Below, piece after piece: positions 9,658-18,273 of a stretch of DNA of 64,000 nucleotides. How positions within the stretch are numbered: the stretch's first letter is position 1; each line of letters opens with the position of its first letter. The notes beneath the pieces are model-generated. The model did not search any database. It was not told the origin of the DNA and worked only from the letters and a program-made list of their open reading frames with translations. The translations under genes were made by a program, and so were the position numbers. Source of the DNA: Candidatus Rokuibacteriota bacterium (GTDB lineage: Bacteria > Methylomirabilota > Methylomirabilia > Rokubacteriales > CSP1-6); NCBI GenBank assembly GCA_003220225.1, contig QHRU01000040.1:19666-83665 (forward strand). The letters are read 5' to 3'.

Positions 9658-9987
9658 ATGGCGGTCGTGTTGTCGGAGGCGGCGGCGAAGCAGGTGAAGG
9701 AGCTCAAGCAGGCGCAGAACCTGCCCGAGACGGCGTTCCTGAGGATGGGCGTGCGCGGCGGCGGGTGCTCGGGTATGTCGTACGTGCTGGAGTTCGACAC
9801 CGAGAAGAGCCCGCACGACAAGGAGTTCGACATCGACGGCGTGAAGGTCGTGATCGACAAGAAGAGCTACATCTATCTGAACGGCACGACCCTCGACTAC
9901 GTCACGCAGGGGCTGACGGGCGGCTTCACGTTCGTGAACCCGAGCGCGAAATCGTCCTGCGGGTGTGGAACCTCGTTTTCCGCGTGA
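9658..9987 (+). CDS. iscA: A-type Fe-S carrier IscA
   Basis: GGGCSG and CGCGTSF motifs. Confidence 0.93.
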   Translation: MAVVLSEAAAKQVKELKQAQNLPETAFLRMGVRGGGCSGMSYVLEFDTEKSPHDKEFDIDGVKVVIDKKSYIYLNGTTLDYVTQGLTGGFTFVNPSAKSSCGCGTSFSA

Positions 9988-10010
9988 CACGACGGTAGTC
10001 CGCCGGCGGA

Positions 10011-10080
10011 GTTTGAGGGGGGTCTCCCCCCTCGATAAACAAATGGTCGGGCCCGTTAACGCCGGGCCCGTCGTCGTTTT
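10011..10080 (+). terminator. Two hairpins between iscA and hscB (terminator or processing site)
   Basis: GAGGGGGG-TCT-CCCCCCTC, then CGGGCCCG-TTAACGC-CGGGCCCG followed by TCGTCGTTTT. Confidence 0.5.
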
Positions 10081-10089
10081 GGGGGAACG

Positions 10090-10704
10090 GTGCTGAAGCA
10101 GGATTACTTCTCGGTGTTCGGTCTGCCCCGGAAGCTGGCCATCGACACGGCCGAGCTTCAGCGGCGGTTCTATGCCCTGGCGCGGGAGCACCATCCCGAC
10201 TTCCACCAGGCCGCCCCGCCCGAGGAGCTCGCGCGCGTCGAGGCGACGTCCGCGCTCGTGAACACCGCCTACCGCACGCTGCGCGACCCGATCGCGCGCG
10301 TGGATTACCTGGTGCGGCTGGAAGAGGGCCGCACGACGAGGGAGGGCGCCGCGGAGAAGCCGAAGGCACCGCCCGCGCTGCTGCAGGAGATGTTCGAGAT
10401 CCAGGAGGCGCTGGCGGAGGCCAAGACCGGCGCCCTCGACGCCGCCACGCGCGCGAGGCTTTCCGCGCAGCGCGAGGGCCTGCGCGCGCGGTTGAAGGAC
10501 GAAGAGGCCAGGCTCGGCGCGTCGCTCAGCGCGCGCTGGGACGGCGCCGCGCCGGCGGAGCGCCCCGCGGTGCTCGCCGCGCTCAAGGAGGCGCTCGCCA
10601 CGCGGGCGTATCTCCGCACCGTGATCGACGACCTGGCCGAGGCGCTGGGAGAGGACGAGCCCTCCCGGAGAGAGGACAAGCGTGTCGCGCATCATCGGCA
10701 TTGA
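10090..10704 (+). CDS. hscB: Fe-S co-chaperone HscB
   Basis: J-domain with HPD, NTAYRTLRDP, and position in the isc operon. Confidence 0.92.
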   Translation: MLKQDYFSVFGLPRKLAIDTAELQRRFYALAREHHPDFHQAAPPEELARVEATSALVNTAYRTLRDPIARVDYLVRLEEGRTTREGAAEKPKAPPALLQEMFEIQEALAEAKTGALDAATRARLSAQREGLRARLKDEEARLGASLSARWDGAAPAERPAVLAALKEALATRAYLRTVIDDLAEALGEDEPSRREDKRVAHHRH

Positions 10705-12535
10705 CCTGGGGACGACCAACAGCCTCGTTGCCTACGTGGACGAGGCGACCGGACTCCCGCGCGTCATCCCCGATGCCGAGGGACGGCCGCTCCTGCCGTC
10801 CGTGGTCGCATTCACGCCCGACGGCATCGTCGTCGGCGAGGCCGCGCGCCGCCAGCTCGCGCGGCGTCCCGCCGACACCGTCTACTCGGTGAAGCGGCTG
10901 ATGGGTCGCGGCCACGAGGACGTCAAGGACGAGATGCGCTTCCTGCCGTTCCGGATCGTGCCGGGCGAGGGGCTGGTGAAGCTGGCCGTCGGCGGCCGTG
11001 AGGTGACGCCGCCCGAGGTCTCCGCGGCCGTGCTGAAGGCGCTGAAGGAGCGCGCCGAGCGCCACTTCGGCGAGCCCATCGAGAAGGCCGTCGTCACGGT
11101 GCCCGCCTACTTCAACGACGCCCAGCGGCAGGCCACGAAGGACGCCGGCCGCATCGCGGGCCTCGACGTCGTGCGGATCGTGAACGAGCCGACGGCGGCC
11201 TCGCTCGCCTACGGCCTGCAGCGCCTCTCGGAGGGCGTGATCGCCGTCTACGACCTGGGCGGAGGGACGTTCGACGTCTCGATCCTGCGCGTCAAGGGCG
11301 GCGTGTTCGAGGTGCTCGCGACCAACGGCGACACGCACCTCGGCGGCGACGACCTCGACCGGGTGCTCGCGCTGTGGCTGCTCGAGGACATCGCGGTGCG
11401 CCACCACGCCGAGCTGGACCGCGACTGCGTGGACCTCGCGCGCGATCCCGAGGCGATGCAGGAGCTGCGGCTGGCGGCGGAGGCGGCGAAGATCCGCCTG
11501 TCGAGCGAGGAGCGGACGACGCTCACGATCCCGTTCGCGGGCTTCACCTACCGCCGCGACATCACGCGCGCCGAGCTCGAGCGCCTCGTGGAGCCGCTGG
11601 TGACGCGCACCCTCGGTCCCTGCCGCCGCGCGCTGGGCGACGCCGGCCTGACGCCGGCCGACATCGACGAGATCGTGCTCGTGGGCGGCTCGACGCGCGT
11701 GCCGCTCGTGCGCCGGCGCGTGCAGGAGCTGTTCGGCAAGGCGCCGCACAGCCAGCTGAACCCCGACGAGGTCGTCGCGCTCGGCGCGGCCGTGCAGGCC
11801 CACATCCTGGCCGGCGGCTTCACCAACATGCTGCTGCTGGACGTGACGCCGCTGTCGCTCGGCATCGAGTCGCTCGGCGGCATCGTCAACGTGCTGATCC
11901 CGCGCAACACCACGATCCCGACGAGCGCGCGCGAGATGTTCACGACGTCGGTCGACGGCCAGACGCTGGTGGACCTGCACGTGGTCCAGGGCGAGCGTGA
12001 GCTGGTCAAGGACTGCCGCTCCCTCGGCCGCTTCGAGCTGCGCATCGATCCCATGCCGGCGGGGATGCCGAAGATCGAGGTCACCTTCCTCATCGACGCC
12101 AACGGCATCCTCCAGGTGCAGGCGAAGGAGCAGCGCAGCGGCAAGGCCGCGTCGATCGAGGTGAAGCCGACCTACGGCCTCAGCGAGACCGAGGTCGAGC
12201 AGATGATCGAGGACTCGTTCACCTACGCGGAGGCCGACGTCGCGACGCGCATGCTCATCGAGGCGCGCAACGAGGCCGACACCGTGCTCGTCCACGCCGG
12301 CCGCGCGCTCAAGCAGGGCGCCGACCTCGTGCCCGCCGAGGAGCGCGCCGCCATCGAGGCCGCCGTGGCCGCCCTGCGGGCGGCGCGCGGGGGTGACGAT
12401 CGCGAGCGCATCCACGAGGCGACCACCGCCGTCAACCGCGCCACCGAGCACCTGGCCGAGGTGCTGATGGACGCCGCGCTCAAGGGCGCGCTCGGGTCGC
12501 GCCGCGCGACCGAGATCCTCGGGGAGCGGACGTGA
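10682..12535 (+). CDS. hscA: Hsp70-family Fe-S chaperone HscA
   Basis: [18 protein letters not shown] and DLGGGTFD; follows hscB. Confidence 0.92.
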   Translation: MSRIIGIDLGTTNSLVAYVDEATGLPRVIPDAEGRPLLPSVVAFTPDGIVVGEAARRQLARRPADTVYSVKRLMGRGHEDVKDEMRFLPFRIVPGEGLVKLAVGGREVTPPEVSAAVLKALKERAERHFGEPIEKAVVTVPAYFNDAQRQATKDAGRIAGLDVVRIVNEPTAASLAYGLQRLSEGVIAVYDLGGGTFDVSILRVKGGVFEVLATNGDTHLGGDDLDRVLALWLLEDIAVRHHAELDRDCVDLARDPEAMQELRLAAEAAKIRLSSEERTTLTIPFAGFTYRRDITRAELERLVEPLVTRTLGPCRRALGDAGLTPADIDEIVLVGGSTRVPLVRRRVQELFGKAPHSQLNPDEVVALGAAVQAHILAGGFTNMLLLDVTPLSLGIESLGGIVNVLIPRNTTIPTSAREMFTTSVDGQTLVDLHVVQGERELVKDCRSLGRFELRIDPMPAGMPKIEVTFLIDANGILQVQAKEQRSGKAASIEVKPTYGLSETEVEQMIEDSFTYAEADVATRMLIEARNEADTVLVHAGRALKQGADLVPAEERAAIEAAVAALRAARGGDDRERIHEATTAVNRATEHLAEVLMDAALKGALGSRRATEILGERT

Positions 12536-12858
12536 TGGGGGTCTACAAGGTCACGTTCCTGCCGCTGAACAAGACCGTCGAGGTCGACGACGAGAAGTAT
12601 CCGCTGGCCGACCACGGGAAACCAGGATCACTCCTCGATATCGCCCTCGCGCACGGTATCGACCTCGAGCACAACTGTGGTGGCTCGTGCGCCTGCACGA
12701 CGTGCCACGTGGTCGTGAGAGAAGGCGAGGAGAACCTCTCCGAGATGCAGGAGGACGAGGAGGATCGGCTGGACACCGCCGAGGGCCTCACGATCCACTC
12801 GCGGCTCGGCTGCCAGGCGGTGGTGCGCGGCGACGTCGTGGTGGAGATCCCGAAGTGA
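12535..12858 (+). CDS. fdx: ISC [2Fe-2S] ferredoxin
   Basis: HNCGGSCACTTCH and SRLGCQ. Confidence 0.93.
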   Translation: MGVYKVTFLPLNKTVEVDDEKYPLADHGKPGSLLDIALAHGIDLEHNCGGSCACTTCHVVVREGEENLSEMQEDEEDRLDTAEGLTIHSRLGCQAVVRGDVVVEIPK

Positions 12859-13058
12859 TGACGTGGCGCGACGCGGAAGACATCGGCATCGCGCTCAGCG
12901 AGAAGTTTCCGGAGCAGGACCCGCTGACGGTGCGCTTCACGGACCTGCACCGCTACGTGACGGAGCTGCCGGAGTTCACGGACGACCCGAAGGCCAGCAA
13001 CGAGAAGCTGCTCGAGGCCATCCAGATGGCGTGGCTCGATGAGTACCGGAACCGCTAG
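12858..13058 (+). CDS. iscX: Fe-S assembly protein IscX
   Basis: MTWRDAEDIGIAL...VRFTDLH...LLEAIQMAWLDE. TGATG coupling to fdx. Confidence 0.92.
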   Translation: MTWRDAEDIGIALSEKFPEQDPLTVRFTDLHRYVTELPEFTDDPKASNEKLLEAIQMAWLDEYRNR

Positions 13059-13062
13059 GCCG

Positions 13063-13287
13063 CTACCAGGTCACGACCTGATCGGCCTCGAACACGGCCT
13101 CCAGGAGCCGCTCGTACGACCACTGATCGGGGACGCGGTGCACGGGGGCGCCGGCGGGCAGCGCCGGGGCGGTCGCCCCGGGCAGGAGCGCGACGGTGAC
13201 GGCGTCGCCGGCGGCGAGCTGGCGTTCGATGGTGGTCCGCGCGAGCGCGGTGTCGCCGCCCTTGAGGACGTGGAGCGTGCGCGCCAT
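13063..13287 (-). CDS. DsrH/TusB-like small protein
   Basis: 74 aa, TLHVLK N-terminus, ends ...EADQVVTW. Third gene of a coupled trio. Confidence 0.6.
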   Translation of the reverse strand: MARTLHVLKGGDTALARTTIERQLAAGDAVTVALLPGATAPALPAGAPVHRVPDQWSYERLLEAVFEADQVVTW

Positions 13288-13646
13288 CAGAACGCGATGA
13301 AGCGGCGCGCGGCGCGCACGAGGTCGGCGATCTGCTCGCGCGTCACCCGCACCACCTCGTGGCCCTCGGCGTTCCAGTCCGGGTCGGCGGGCACGGCGGA
13401 GGCCTCGACGTGGAACGGGATGCCCAGCCGCTTGAGGTTGGCGCGGAACTTCGCGATGTCGTCGCCGTCCACGAGGTCATCGGTGTCGCCGTCGAGCAGG
13501 TGGACGGCCGGCCCCGCCAGCACGAACGTCACCTCGTTCTCCCCGGCCACGATGCCGATGCCGATTCGCATGGCCTCGAACGCGCGGCCGGTTGCGCGCG
13601 GGTCCTGGGTGATGAGGACGAGGACCGGCTCGTCGGCCACGACCAC
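13287..13646 (-). CDS. DsrF/TusC-like protein
   Basis: DsrE-fold pattern (VLITQDP...EAMRIG...VTFVL...V) with no Cys. Confidence 0.65.
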   Translation of the reverse strand: MVVADEPVLVLITQDPRATGRAFEAMRIGIGIVAGENEVTFVLAGPAVHLLDGDTDDLVDGDDIAKFRANLKRLGIPFHVEASAVPADPDWNAEGHEVVRVTREQIADLVRAARRFIAF

Positions 13647-13650
13647 CCGC

Positions 13651-13977
13651 TCAGTTGAGCGCGACGAAGCGCTCGGTCGCGTTGATCAGATCGGTGAGCA
13701 CCACGAGGCCGCAATAGGTCACGCGGTCCGCGTGGTCGAGCGGGATGCGCCGCTTCTGGCAGCCGTACGCGCACACGAAGAGCTTGGCGCCGCGATCGGG
13801 CAGCGCGCGCACGCGCGCATCGTCGAGCGCGCGCACGCCGTCGTCGATCAGGTAGAGGTAGAGATCGGCGCCGCGCGCGAGGGCGGCCTCCGAGAGACCG
13901 ACGGCCGCGTCGAGGTTCGTCGCGTGCTCGGGACCCGTGGAGAGCAGCATCCCGAACTTTTTCTTCGACAGATCCAT
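13651..13977 (-). CDS. DsrE/TusD-like sulfur relay protein
   Basis: LYLIDDGV and FVCAYGCQKR (Cys at the DsrE/TusD active-site position), plus GLVVL. Confidence 0.75.
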   Translation of the reverse strand: MDLSKKKFGMLLSTGPEHATNLDAAVGLSEAALARGADLYLYLIDDGVRALDDARVRALPDRGAKLFVCAYGCQKRRIPLDHADRVTYCGLVVLTDLINATERFVALN

Positions 13978-14018
13978 CGCGGGCGCAGCGTAGCATCGGC
14001 GATGAGGGAGAGCAAGGA

Positions 14019-15176
14019 ATGAACCGTCGTGTCTACCTCGATCACAACGCGTCGACGCCCGTGCACCCCGAGGTGGTGGCGGAGATGCTGCCGTACTTCA
14101 GCGACGTCTACGGCAACCCGTCGAGCGTGCACGGCTTCGGCCGCGACGCGCGTGCGGCGGTGGACGCCGCGCGCGACCGCGTCGCCGCGTTTCTGCGCGT
14201 GCGGCCGGAGGAGCTCGTGTTCACCTCGGGTGGGACGGAATCCGACAACTTCGGCGTGAAGGGCCTCGCCCTCGCGCGCGGCAGCGGCCACGTCATCACC
14301 AGCAGGGTCGAGCACCACGCGGTGCTGCGCTCGGCACAGGCGCTCGAGGCGCAGGGCTTCACGGTCACCTACCTGCCCGTCGACCAGTACGGCATGGTCG
14401 ATCCCGACGACGTGCGGCGCGCGCTGCGCCCCGACACGATCGCGATCTCGATCATGCACGCCAACAGCGAGGTCGGCACCATCCAGCCGGTGCGCGCGAT
14501 CGGCGCCCTGGCGCGTGACGCCGGCGTGCCCTTCCACGTCGACGCCGTGCAGACGTTCGGCAAGGTCGAGGTCGACGTGCACGCCATGAACATCGACGCG
14601 CTGTCGTTCTCGAGCCACAAGATCTACGGGCCCAAGGGCATCGCGGGCCTCTACATCCGCCGCGGCACCAAGATGGTCTCCATCCAGCACGGCGGCGAGC
14701 ACGAGCGGCGGCGGCGCGCCGGCACCGAGAACGTGCCGGGCATCGTGGGCCTCGGCAAGGCGGTCGAGATCCGCGCGCGCGACATGAAGGCCGAGGCGGA
14801 GCGGGTGAGCGCCCTGCGCGATCGCATGTGGGAGGGCATCCGCGCCCGCGTGCCGGACGTACGGCTCAACGGGCACCCGACCGAGCGCCTGCCGGGCACC
14901 GCCAACGTCTGCTACCGCAACGTCGAATCCGAATCCATCGTCCTCGGCCTGGATCTCAAGGGCATCGCGGTGTCGGCGGGCTCCGCCTGCACCGCGGGCA
15001 GCGTCGAGCCCTCGCACGTGCTGGTGGCCATGGGCGTGCCGCTCGACTGGGCGATGGGCGCCGTGCGCTCCTCGCTCGGCCGCTCGACGACGACCGAGGA
15101 CGTGGACTTCGTGGTGGCGTCGGTGACGGAGGTCGTCAGCCGGATCCGCCAGGCGATGCCGGTCGGAGCCGCATGA
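14019..15176 (+). CDS. Cysteine desulfurase (group I, NifS/IscS-like) with intact motifs
   Basis: [31 protein letters not shown] and SAGSACT. Confidence 0.92.
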   Translation: MNRRVYLDHNASTPVHPEVVAEMLPYFSDVYGNPSSVHGFGRDARAAVDAARDRVAAFLRVRPEELVFTSGGTESDNFGVKGLALARGSGHVITSRVEHHAVLRSAQALEAQGFTVTYLPVDQYGMVDPDDVRRALRPDTIAISIMHANSEVGTIQPVRAIGALARDAGVPFHVDAVQTFGKVEVDVHAMNIDALSFSSHKIYGPKGIAGLYIRRGTKMVSIQHGGEHERRRRAGTENVPGIVGLGKAVEIRARDMKAEAERVSALRDRMWEGIRARVPDVRLNGHPTERLPGTANVCYRNVESESIVLGLDLKGIAVSAGSACTAGSVEPSHVLVAMGVPLDWAMGAVRSSLGRSTTTEDVDFVVASVTEVVSRIRQAMPVGAA

Positions 15177-15559
15177 GGTACAGCCCGACGCTGGTCGATC
15201 ACTTCCTCAACCCGAGAAACGCCGGGCTGATGCGGGACGCCGACGGCTCCGGCAGCGACGAGTACGCCGGCTGCGGCGACCTCACGCGGTTCTATCTGAA
15301 GATGCGCGCGGGGTGCCTCGCCGAGGCGCGCTTTCAGGCCTACGGCTGCGGCCCGACGATCGCCGCGGCCAGCGTGGCCACCGAGCTGGTGGCGGGCCGC
15401 GCGGTGGAGGATCTGCTGGTCCTGAAGGCGCAGGAGATCGAAGACGCGCTCGACGGGCTTCCGGAGGATCGGAAGCACGCGGCCGAGGTGGCGGCGGGCG
15501 CGATGCGGGCGGCGGCGCTGGACGCGCTCCGCCGCCGGCCTGGGAACAGGGAGGCGTGA
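15173..15559 (+). CDS. IscU/NifU-N-like protein lacking the third Cys
   Basis: [33 protein letters not shown] replaces KxHC. ATGA overlap with the desulfurase. Confidence 0.82.
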   Translation: MRYSPTLVDHFLNPRNAGLMRDADGSGSDEYAGCGDLTRFYLKMRAGCLAEARFQAYGCGPTIAAASVATELVAGRAVEDLLVLKAQEIEDALDGLPEDRKHAAEVAAGAMRAAALDALRRRPGNREA

Positions 15560-16221
15560 TGTTCGACCGACTGCGGGACGACATCCGGACGGTGATGGAG
15601 CGTGACCCGGCGGCGCGCTCTGCGTGGGAGGTCATTCTCTGCTACCCGGGGGTGCACGCGCTGGCCTTCCACCGCGTCGCGCACCGGCTCTGGCGCGCGC
15701 GCTGGACCACGAGCGCGCGCTGGGTGTCGCACCTCTCGCGTTTCCTGACCGGCATCGAGATCCATCCTGCCGCACGGCTCGGGCGCGGGCTCTTCATCGA
15801 CCACGGCATGGGCGTGGTGATCGGCGAGACCTCCGAGGTCGGCGAGAACGTGACGCTCTACCAGGGCGTGAGTCTGGCGGGGACGAGCCTCAAGAAGGAG
15901 AAGCGCCACCCGACGCTCGGCAACAACGTGACGGTGGGCGCGGGCGCCAAGATCATCGGCGGCTTCACGATCGGCGACAACAGCCGCGTCGGCGCCGGCT
16001 CGGTGGTCGTCCGCGAGGTGCCGCCGAACTCCGTTGTGGTCGGCGTGCCGGGCCGAGTAACATACAAGGACGGGCAGCGGGTCGACGGTGTGGATCTCAA
16101 CCAGACCGACCTGCCGGACCCGGTGACGAAGGCGCTCGAGCAGCTCGTGGAGCGGATCCGCACGCTCGAGGCGGAGGTCGAGACGCTCCGCAAGACCGTC
16201 GACAGGGAGGAACGCGCGTGA
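15559..16221 (+). CDS. cysE: Serine O-acetyltransferase
   Basis: [27 protein letters not shown] and KRHPTLG. Confidence 0.95.
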   Translation: MFDRLRDDIRTVMERDPAARSAWEVILCYPGVHALAFHRVAHRLWRARWTTSARWVSHLSRFLTGIEIHPAARLGRGLFIDHGMGVVIGETSEVGENVTLYQGVSLAGTSLKKEKRHPTLGNNVTVGAGAKIIGGFTIGDNSRVGAGSVVVREVPPNSVVVGVPGRVTYKDGQRVDGVDLNQTDLPDPVTKALEQLVERIRTLEAEVETLRKTVDREERA

Positions 16222-16400
16222 CCCCGAAGGACGTGCTGAGCCTGGAAGAGGCCTCGCGGTACCTGGCCATGGATCAATCCACACTGAGCGTGATGGCCGC
16301 CGAGCGCCGCATCCCGTGCCTGGAGCTGAACGGCGGCTGGGTGTTCTCCAAGAAGTCCATCGACAAGTGGCGGAGCCAGCAGACGATCCGTCGAGCCTGA
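16218..16400 (+). CDS. Small excisionase-like HTH (HTH_17) protein
   Basis: [10 protein letters not shown]...RIPC...GGWVF...IDKW. GTGA coupling with cysE. Confidence 0.7.
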   Translation: MTPKDVLSLEEASRYLAMDQSTLSVMAAERRIPCLELNGGWVFSKKSIDKWRSQQTIRRA

Positions 16401-16419
16401 TCCCCCGGTCGGCGGCGAT

Positions 16420-16986
16420 ATCATCATCACCCGCGACCTCGCCTGGTCGATCCTGACCGAGTTCACGAAAGGCGAGAGCCTCCGCAAGCACGCCCGTGCG
16501 GTCGAAGCCTCCATGCGCGCCTACGCGCGTCGCTATGCCGAGAGCGAAGACGCGTGGGGGATCGCGGGCATGCTCCACGATTTCGACTACGAGATGCATC
16601 CGCACGCGCCCTTGCACCCCGTGAAGGGCGCCGAGATCCTGCTCGCGCGCGGCGTCGATCCCGCCATCGTCCACGCCATCCTCGCCCACGCCGACTACTC
16701 GGGCGTGCCGCGCGTGAGCCTGCTCGATCGCGCGCTGTACGCGTGCGACGAGCTGACCGGCTTCGTGCACGCGTGCGCGCTCGTGCGGCCGGGCAAGGTG
16801 ATCGACGGGCTCGAGCCGGCGTCGGTGCGGAAGAAGCTCAAGGACAAGGGCTTCGCGCGCACGGTGAATCGCGACGACGTCTATCGCGGGGCCGCCGAGC
16901 TGGGCGTGGACCTCGACGCCCACATCGCCTTCGTCGTGGACGCGCTCACCTCCGTCGCCCCCGAGCTCGGACTGGCCCGGGCCTGA
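16420..16986 (+). CDS. HD-domain (HDIG-like) phosphohydrolase; start uncertain (ATC ~16420-16426 or ATG 16513)
   Basis: SLRKHARAVE, GMLHDFDYE, AILAHA and ACDELTG. Confidence 0.8.
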   Translation: MIITRDLAWSILTEFTKGESLRKHARAVEASMRAYARRYAESEDAWGIAGMLHDFDYEMHPHAPLHPVKGAEILLARGVDPAIVHAILAHADYSGVPRVSLLDRALYACDELTGFVHACALVRPGKVIDGLEPASVRKKLKDKGFARTVNRDDVYRGAAELGVDLDAHIAFVVDALTSVAPELGLARA

Positions 16987-17024
16987 CCCGTGGCCCCGCC
17001 TGCCGCTCGCGCGATCAGAACGGC

Positions 17025-18197
17025 ATGACGCGTCCTCGGAGCATCGTGCACGTGGACATGGACGCGTTCTACGCGTCCGTCGAGCAGCGCGACCGTCCCG
17101 AGCTGCGCGGCCGTCCCGTGATCGTCGGCGCCGATCCCAAGGGCCGCGGCGTCGTCTCCGCCGCCTCCTACGAGGCGCGCGTCTTCGGCGTGCGGTCCGC
17201 GATGCCGATCGGCAAGGCCGCGCGCCTGTGTCCCGACGGCGTCTTCCTGCCGGTGGACATGGACAAGTACGCCGGCGCCTCGCGCCAGATCATGGGGATC
17301 CTCGGCGACTTCTCACCGCTGGTGGAGCCGGTCTCCGTGGACGAGGCGTTCGTCGACCTGACGGGGACGGCGTCGCTGTTCGGACCGGCGCCGGAGGCGG
17401 TGCGCGAGATCAAGCGACGGATCCGGGCCGAGACGGGTCTCACGGCCTCCGCCGGGCTCGCCGCCAACAAGTTCATCGCCAAGGTGGCCTCCGATCTGAA
17501 GAAGCCCGACGGCCTCGTGATCGTCGAGGCGGGCCGCGAGGCAGAGTTCCTGGCGCCGCTGCCGATCGAGCGGCTCTGGGGCGTGGGCAAGGCGACGGCG
17601 AAGGACCTGGCCGCGCTCGGCATCGCGACGATCGGCCAGCTCCAGCGGCTGTCGCGCGCGACCCTCGTGGCGCGTCTCGGCGACCACGGCGCCGGGCTGC
17701 ACGACCTCGCCTTCGGCCGCGACGACCGGCCGGTGGAGCCGTGGACGCCGCCCAAATCGATGGGCGCGGAGACGACGTTCGAGCGCGACACGACGGACCG
17801 CGCCCGGCTCGACACCACGCTGCGCGGCCAGGCCGAGCGCGTGGCGCGCGAGCTGCGCGCGGAGCGGCTGGCCGCCGCGCGCGTGACGCTGAAGCTGCGC
17901 TTCGCCGACTTCCGCACGCTCACGCGCAGCCACACGAGCGACCCGACCCAGGACGGCCTCGAGCTCTACCGGCGCGTGGCGATCTTGCTGGCGCGCGAGA
18001 CGCTCGTGCAGCCGGTGCGGCTGATCGGCGTCTCCGCCTCGGCGCTGACGGCCGAGCAGACCGGCCAGCTCGGGCTGCTCGGGGACGACGCCGTGCGACG
18101 CGAGCGCCTCTCGCGGGCGGTGGATCGCATCACCGACCGCTTCGGGCTGGACGCCATCCGGCCCGCCGCGCTCGTTCGCCGGCCGCCCCGAGACTGA
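17025..18197 (+). CDS. dinB: DNA polymerase IV
   Basis: HVDMDAFYASVEQ, SYEAR, SVDEAF, AKVASD.KP.G and LWGVG. Confidence 0.95.
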   Translation: MTRPRSIVHVDMDAFYASVEQRDRPELRGRPVIVGADPKGRGVVSAASYEARVFGVRSAMPIGKAARLCPDGVFLPVDMDKYAGASRQIMGILGDFSPLVEPVSVDEAFVDLTGTASLFGPAPEAVREIKRRIRAETGLTASAGLAANKFIAKVASDLKKPDGLVIVEAGREAEFLAPLPIERLWGVGKATAKDLAALGIATIGQLQRLSRATLVARLGDHGAGLHDLAFGRDDRPVEPWTPPKSMGAETTFERDTTDRARLDTTLRGQAERVARELRAERLAAARVTLKLRFADFRTLTRSHTSDPTQDGLELYRRVAILLARETLVQPVRLIGVSASALTAEQTGQLGLLGDDAVRRERLSRAVDRITDRFGLDAIRPAALVRRPPRD

Positions 18198-18273
18198 TCG
18201 GGTGAGCGGCCGAGACACCGAGGGCGCGTGCCGCGCGACACGCGCCCCCAGACGACGTCTCTGCTTCTAGCGC

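Noticed and set aside
10682..12535. Calling this gene dnaK
   Set aside because: Its position between hscB and fdx in the isc operon indicates HscA.
16218..18197. Prophage or ICE suggested by the excisionase-like HTH and dinB
   Set aside because: No integrase, att site, tRNA or phage/conjugation genes nearby.
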